From NCBI GenBank assembly GCA_000320545.1, contig ADNK01001521.1, positions 1 through 53,320 of the forward strand: a DNA stretch of 53,320 nucleotides, given 5' to 3'. The DNA is from Bigelowiella natans CCMP2755. Its lineage: Eukaryota > Protista > Cercozoa. Below the pieces are notes generated by a model that was not told the origin of the DNA, made no database searches, and saw only the letters and a program-made list of their open reading frames with translations. The position numbers were made by a program, and so were the translations under genes. Below, one piece after another: positions 48,916 to 53,320 of this stretch (position 1 is the stretch's first letter; each line of letters opens with the position of its first letter).

Positions 48916-49923
48916 AAACAAATACGTCAACAACATACAGCGATAACGATATCGAATAAATTAGCATTAGTTTAGCACGACGATGGGCTTGTTATAAAGT
49001 CATACTGACCAACAATGTCGAACGGGTAGCTGTGATAGCTTGTGTTGGTGGCATGAAACATTAACTATATTATTACCAAGATGCATAAGATTCAGCTTCT
49101 GCTTTGATCTCTCAGCTTTCACAGCCTCCCAGTGAGAGAATATCCACGTAGAGTCGGAGCCCCCGTTGGAGAGGAACGTGCTCACGACCGATCCCTCATT
49201 CATAGTCTCTAGGTCTGAATAACCATGGAAGTCAAGGGAATGAAACTTGACGTCGCCTGCTCCGCCATCGTTGACGACCATTTGCCTGACAATCGCATCC
49301 TCAAACCTGCATATTTAATCCCTCAAATAAATTGAGCGAGCGAGATCCTCTTATTGACATGCAACAAACCTTCCGTCGTATGACGCATATCGCTTCCCGT
49401 CTAGAAGCTTAGGACAATTAATTCCGCTTTCTTCCAGGGTACAGATGCTACTAGTTGAACCCTGTAACAGCGCTGCAATTGCTACCAGACGTGAATCTGT
49501 ATCTGTAGTTGCGAAGCTCACAGCGGATTCGGAGCTGCTGATAGCGAAGGTTCCCATTCCTCGTGCAACCTTGCGACCAGGAGTCAGCTCCTCCCCTGGG
49601 AAATTAGAACAACTATCATTTTAAAAAGCCAATTTTGTGTGTGAACACTCGCTAGTTGCTCTGCCACTTCTCTTCATTGTCAAACCTTGATTTGGCTGGA
49701 TAACTTCGATGTCGACACCGTGCTCCTTAAAGTACCCATTACGTAACGCTGCATAAATGCCGCTGTGATTGGTGTTCGGAGTCCAATCCAAGCATATAGA
49801 CAGCGTGGCCCCCCCACACCATTTATCCGGAGGAGAAGAAGAGATATTTCGCCTTCCGACGGCTGGCCTCGTATGTTTGACGAAGCCTCGGAAAAATTGG
49901 GAAGGGGAGGTTCGGGGGAGCAT
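48458..49923 (-). CDS. NMT1/THI5/ThiY-family substrate-binding-like protein with an Arg/Ser-rich N-terminal presequence, multi-exon
   Basis: LDWTPNTNHSGIYAA..GYFKEHGVDIEVI, LDGKRYASYDGRFEDAIV, DSTWIFSHWE, DYGIPYGYSPVL, GYRFCAENPYAAA, WGRMDLERW, FTNEFL. Confidence 0.88.
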
Positions 49924-50230
49924 TTTTAATTGGGCCTCCAACGGAGAAACAATGAAAACGCCATCCGTTTAGGACCTGCGACATGATGAAAAGTAATTTT
50001 AAAACATAAAATACATGCTTGTCTAAAAGAGAAGGAAAAGTACCCCTCGCACAGTTGCATCTTTCGATCGCACAACAATAACAACAACAACGACAGGAGC
50101 ACATTACCATAATGCCCGTTATTTTACGATAATCCCCGGACATTATTGCATGTATTCGTAACGCAGGAAACGCGTCAAGTCGGCTCGGCGACATCGCTGG
50201 GCAGCATCTCACAAACGGAGGGTGGAAGCC

Positions 50231-50367
50231 ATGTCACAAGCACGCATGGCCTTTGCACTGCTGTCAAGCCTTCTCCTCGCACCGGCATCCGTACAAGCGA
50301 TCAAGCTGATGAATAAGGTTCGTTGCTTTCCACCTTCGATCGAGAGTGTGTGCTAGTTGTTACATGG

Positions 50368-50403
<36 letters not shown>

Positions 50404-51151
50404 GCGATTTTCTGACCGAGGTGATGTTCAATGCTGCTGTAGACAATTCCTTTCGAGTATCCTCTCTTCAAGCAATGCGACCCTGCGTGGGGATCTGATT
50501 TAATGGTGACGACAACTATCTGCAAGGTCGTCATACATGTCATTTTCTTAGATATGATGGTCGTTACTATGTGGTTGTTTTTCCATGGTCTCTCTCTATC
50601 CTCTTTCTGTTATGTTTGTCTGGGGGGGGAGATGGTTGTGTTACTTTAATTTGACCGGCTTGTGAAACGCAGGTTGGATGCTTGATGAGCTCGACGTCGA
50701 TGGCGCTCAATGGATCGGGAATACACATCAATGTAAGCAAGCATGATGTTATTCTTGAATGACGTTATTCTTGAATGAAAATAGTGGGAAGGGGAAGGGA
50801 AGAATGCAAAGCACGTGATAATCACTACGCGCCACCATGCAGTATATATGATATGAAAAAAAGAACAAGCGAAAACGACAGTAAAACAATAGGCAACATT
50901 AACGTCCGGGGGTGCAGTCGAAGCCATATCCACCAACCCTGGAAGCCTGAACAAATGGCTCCAAGCGAACGGCGGCTACGATGGCCAAAACGACATGTAT
51001 GAGGACGTCATTCCTAAAGTCGACTCTTCTCGCATCAAATGGGCCTCTGACGCCATGCACAAGACAAACGACCTTCCGTTTGAAAAGATCCAGGTATGAG
51101 GTTGCGGCCACTTATTGACTCCATATATTCAATATTCATACACCCATACAT

Positions 51152-51189
<38 letters not shown>

Positions 51190-51532
51190 TTTATCCACAG
51201 GAATACGTCTCCAAGCCGCGCGTGGTGATTGCAAATGTGCTCAAAGGACGCCACTTCGTCCTAGTGACCGGGTAGTAGTTAGACAGTAGTACAGCAGTAG
51301 TACTGCTATGGCTGTGTGAGAATGGAGGTTTGGGATTCGTGGTTGGGGAGAGCTATGTGACAGTGACGTCATATGTGCCGAGCTGTAGATTATCTCACGC
51401 AATGATTTGCACAGCTGGGGCGATGATGGGGACACTCTTTATGTCAACGACCCTGGCTTTGAAGTAGAAACCTACAGTTATTCGCAGGATGTGGTTGGCT
51501 GGCGAATATTTGACATGATAAGGAACGACTAG
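50231..51532 (+). CDS. Secreted peptidase C39-like (papain-fold) protein, multi-exon
   Basis: Signal peptide MAFALLSSLLLAPASVQA; YPLFKQCDPAWG..TICKVGCLMSSTSMAL; NPGSLNKWLQANGGY; GRHFVLVTG; YVNDPG (C/H/D triad); stop at 51530-51532. Confidence 0.8.
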
Positions 51533-52176
51533 GATGAAGCACTTTTCGGGAGCTATTTCAATGGATCATAGCGTACTCGCCTTCTGATTTTCATGTGCCC
51601 GACTTGTTCACTAGGTGTGTCGTTCTAAGTTTCAAGATGTATACACACACATACGTGCAAATAAACCCTCATGAGTTGTGCGTTGACTGTATGGTACACC
51701 CACTAATACGCTAGCTGCATGTTGACAATGAGAAACACATGGCAGGCATGCATGCCACAAGTATGTGTCATCTAGCTAAGTAGCCAAGGGGAATGATGAA
51801 TATTCGTCACACACACTGTCAACATTAGGTTCATCATGTAATTATGTTATCATCATCATCATCATCTGCGCGATGCTGATGATTGCATAGCATGTCGATC
51901 TAGATCACATAGATGTGCGTGTAGCTAGCAGCACCTGATCAATGAATCAAAGTCGAGGCCTTAAAATGCTTCGGACTGCTTATTCTTCGATGCAATGCCG
52001 CGGCCATATGCGTGCTACAATTTTTCAAATGCTTATGATTTTATTGTGTGCTATGCGTTGGTAAACTATGGGCGAGGGCTGTCCGGTTTCTCTTACTGCC
52101 TTATATATGTGCGTACGATACACGCGTTCATGCACACACGCACACACTTTACATAGCATAGCTAGATTCTTAATTG

Positions 52177-53063
52177 CTACGAATTCAGATTACTACCGCC
52201 TTTCTTCTTGCCCTCATCATATTGTGCTTTGCGAGCAAATCTTCCCTCACCTTGTTTATTTTCTGAAATAGATATGCGGCCACCTTTCAACCTTTCAGCT
52301 GTTACAGCTCGTGCCTGCGTGCAACGGAACATGCATTGTTAGTACAAGATTTGGTGCTTTTTATTTGCAGTACCCGTCTTGCCCGCTTTTTGTGCATCTC
52401 CACACCGATCGCGTCCATTCCAAAAGCATTTGCCACCGCTAATATGTCACCTGAATACGAGGATGATAGCTTATTGTGCGCTAAGAGTCTGCATCAGTCT
52501 GTGCTTCTGGCTGGCAATACAACGCCAGACATCGAGAAGTGTAATAAAAAACGTGTCAACAACATAATATGTGCGAAAGACTGCCTTTTCCGCAGAAGGG
52601 GTTGACAACCGCAGTGTGGCCTAACTTGTGGAGGAACTTTACGATTTCAATGCAAGCCTAAGGTGGGGGGGTAACGTATTATCGAAATCAGTATTGAGGA
52701 TTTCAAAGCCTGACCATCGTCAATCTCATCACCGCCACCATCATCACCATCACCATCACCATCACAACCTTTACAATTTAAGCACTCAAAAGTCGCTTGA
52801 GAGAGAGAGAGAGGGAGAGAGAAAGGGAGAGGGAGAAGGGGAGGGAGCGAGGTCATGCGACGCACACGCAGCGGACAACACTTATGTGGCGAAAGAATAA
52901 TGAAAGAAGTTGCTGCTACTACCACTACAACAACAGCTACTACTACTACTACTACTACTACTACATTGAGGCCCATCGCAGACTTCCAAGACTTGTCTCC
53001 AACCTCCGGTAGTACATCTGCATACACGTGGATGCTAGTTCCAGCATAGACCACCACCACCAC

Positions 53064-53096
<33 letters not shown>

Positions 53097-53300
53097 TGCC
53101 ATGGACATCACAGCCGTAGCAGCCACAAAAGAGCACAGAGCATCATCAAAGACCCGCACCGGGAAGGTAGATGGTTGGGACTTGGGGGGGGGGGAAGAAA
53201 GCACCTGTTGTCAAGACGAGCGCCTTCCGAGAAGCAAAGCAAGTGCGAATATCCCACACGCCCGTACCTGAGGATAGATGATGAGCGCTTGCGTCGCTGA
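52177..53300 (-). CDS. SAM-dependent methyltransferase resembling bacterial N6/N4 (beta-class) DNA methylases; 3' exons only, gene continues beyond window
   Basis: Exons: RYGRVGYSHLLCFS / ADVLPEVGDKSWKSAMGLN / ACIEIVKFL..VVNPFCGK / GDILAVANAFGMDAIGVEM. The last intron has a TACTAAC branch point; stop at 52177. Confidence 0.75.
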
Positions 53301-53320
53301 GTGCACACACACACACACAC

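Overview
Gene-dense nuclear DNA from an intron-rich protist, with GT-AG introns full of (CA)n, (TA)n, (GA)n and triplet microsatellites. A green-lineage thylakoid FKBP together with IFT43 suggests a flagellated alga with a green-derived plastid, such as a chlorarachniophyte (inference). Host genes I can support are a GH78 alpha-L-rhamnosidase (3' part), GRWD1/RRB1, an FKBP17-2-like PPIase, an M16 metallopeptidase, a class-3 lipase, an S10 serine carboxypeptidase, MON1, a multi-pass membrane protein, IFT43, an acidic ribosomal protein P1, a THI5/ThiY-family protein, a peptidase C39-like secreted protein and a bacterial-type N6/N4 methyltransferase-like gene (3' part). A young Ty3/Gypsy element lies at 37556-43204, with identical 326-bp LTRs and a CGTG TSD, and its integrase ends in a degenerate DIRS-type adenine-methyltransferase-like domain. 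The main unexplained signal is a set of sharply bounded intergenic tracts that have lost almost all TpA dinucleotides except in CTAG, while CpG is kept and TG/CA are abundant. This looks like a regional, RIP-like but opposite-direction A:T->G:C hypermutation process, with TpA->TpG on both strands. All counts are by hand, and exon boundaries were inferred by eye.
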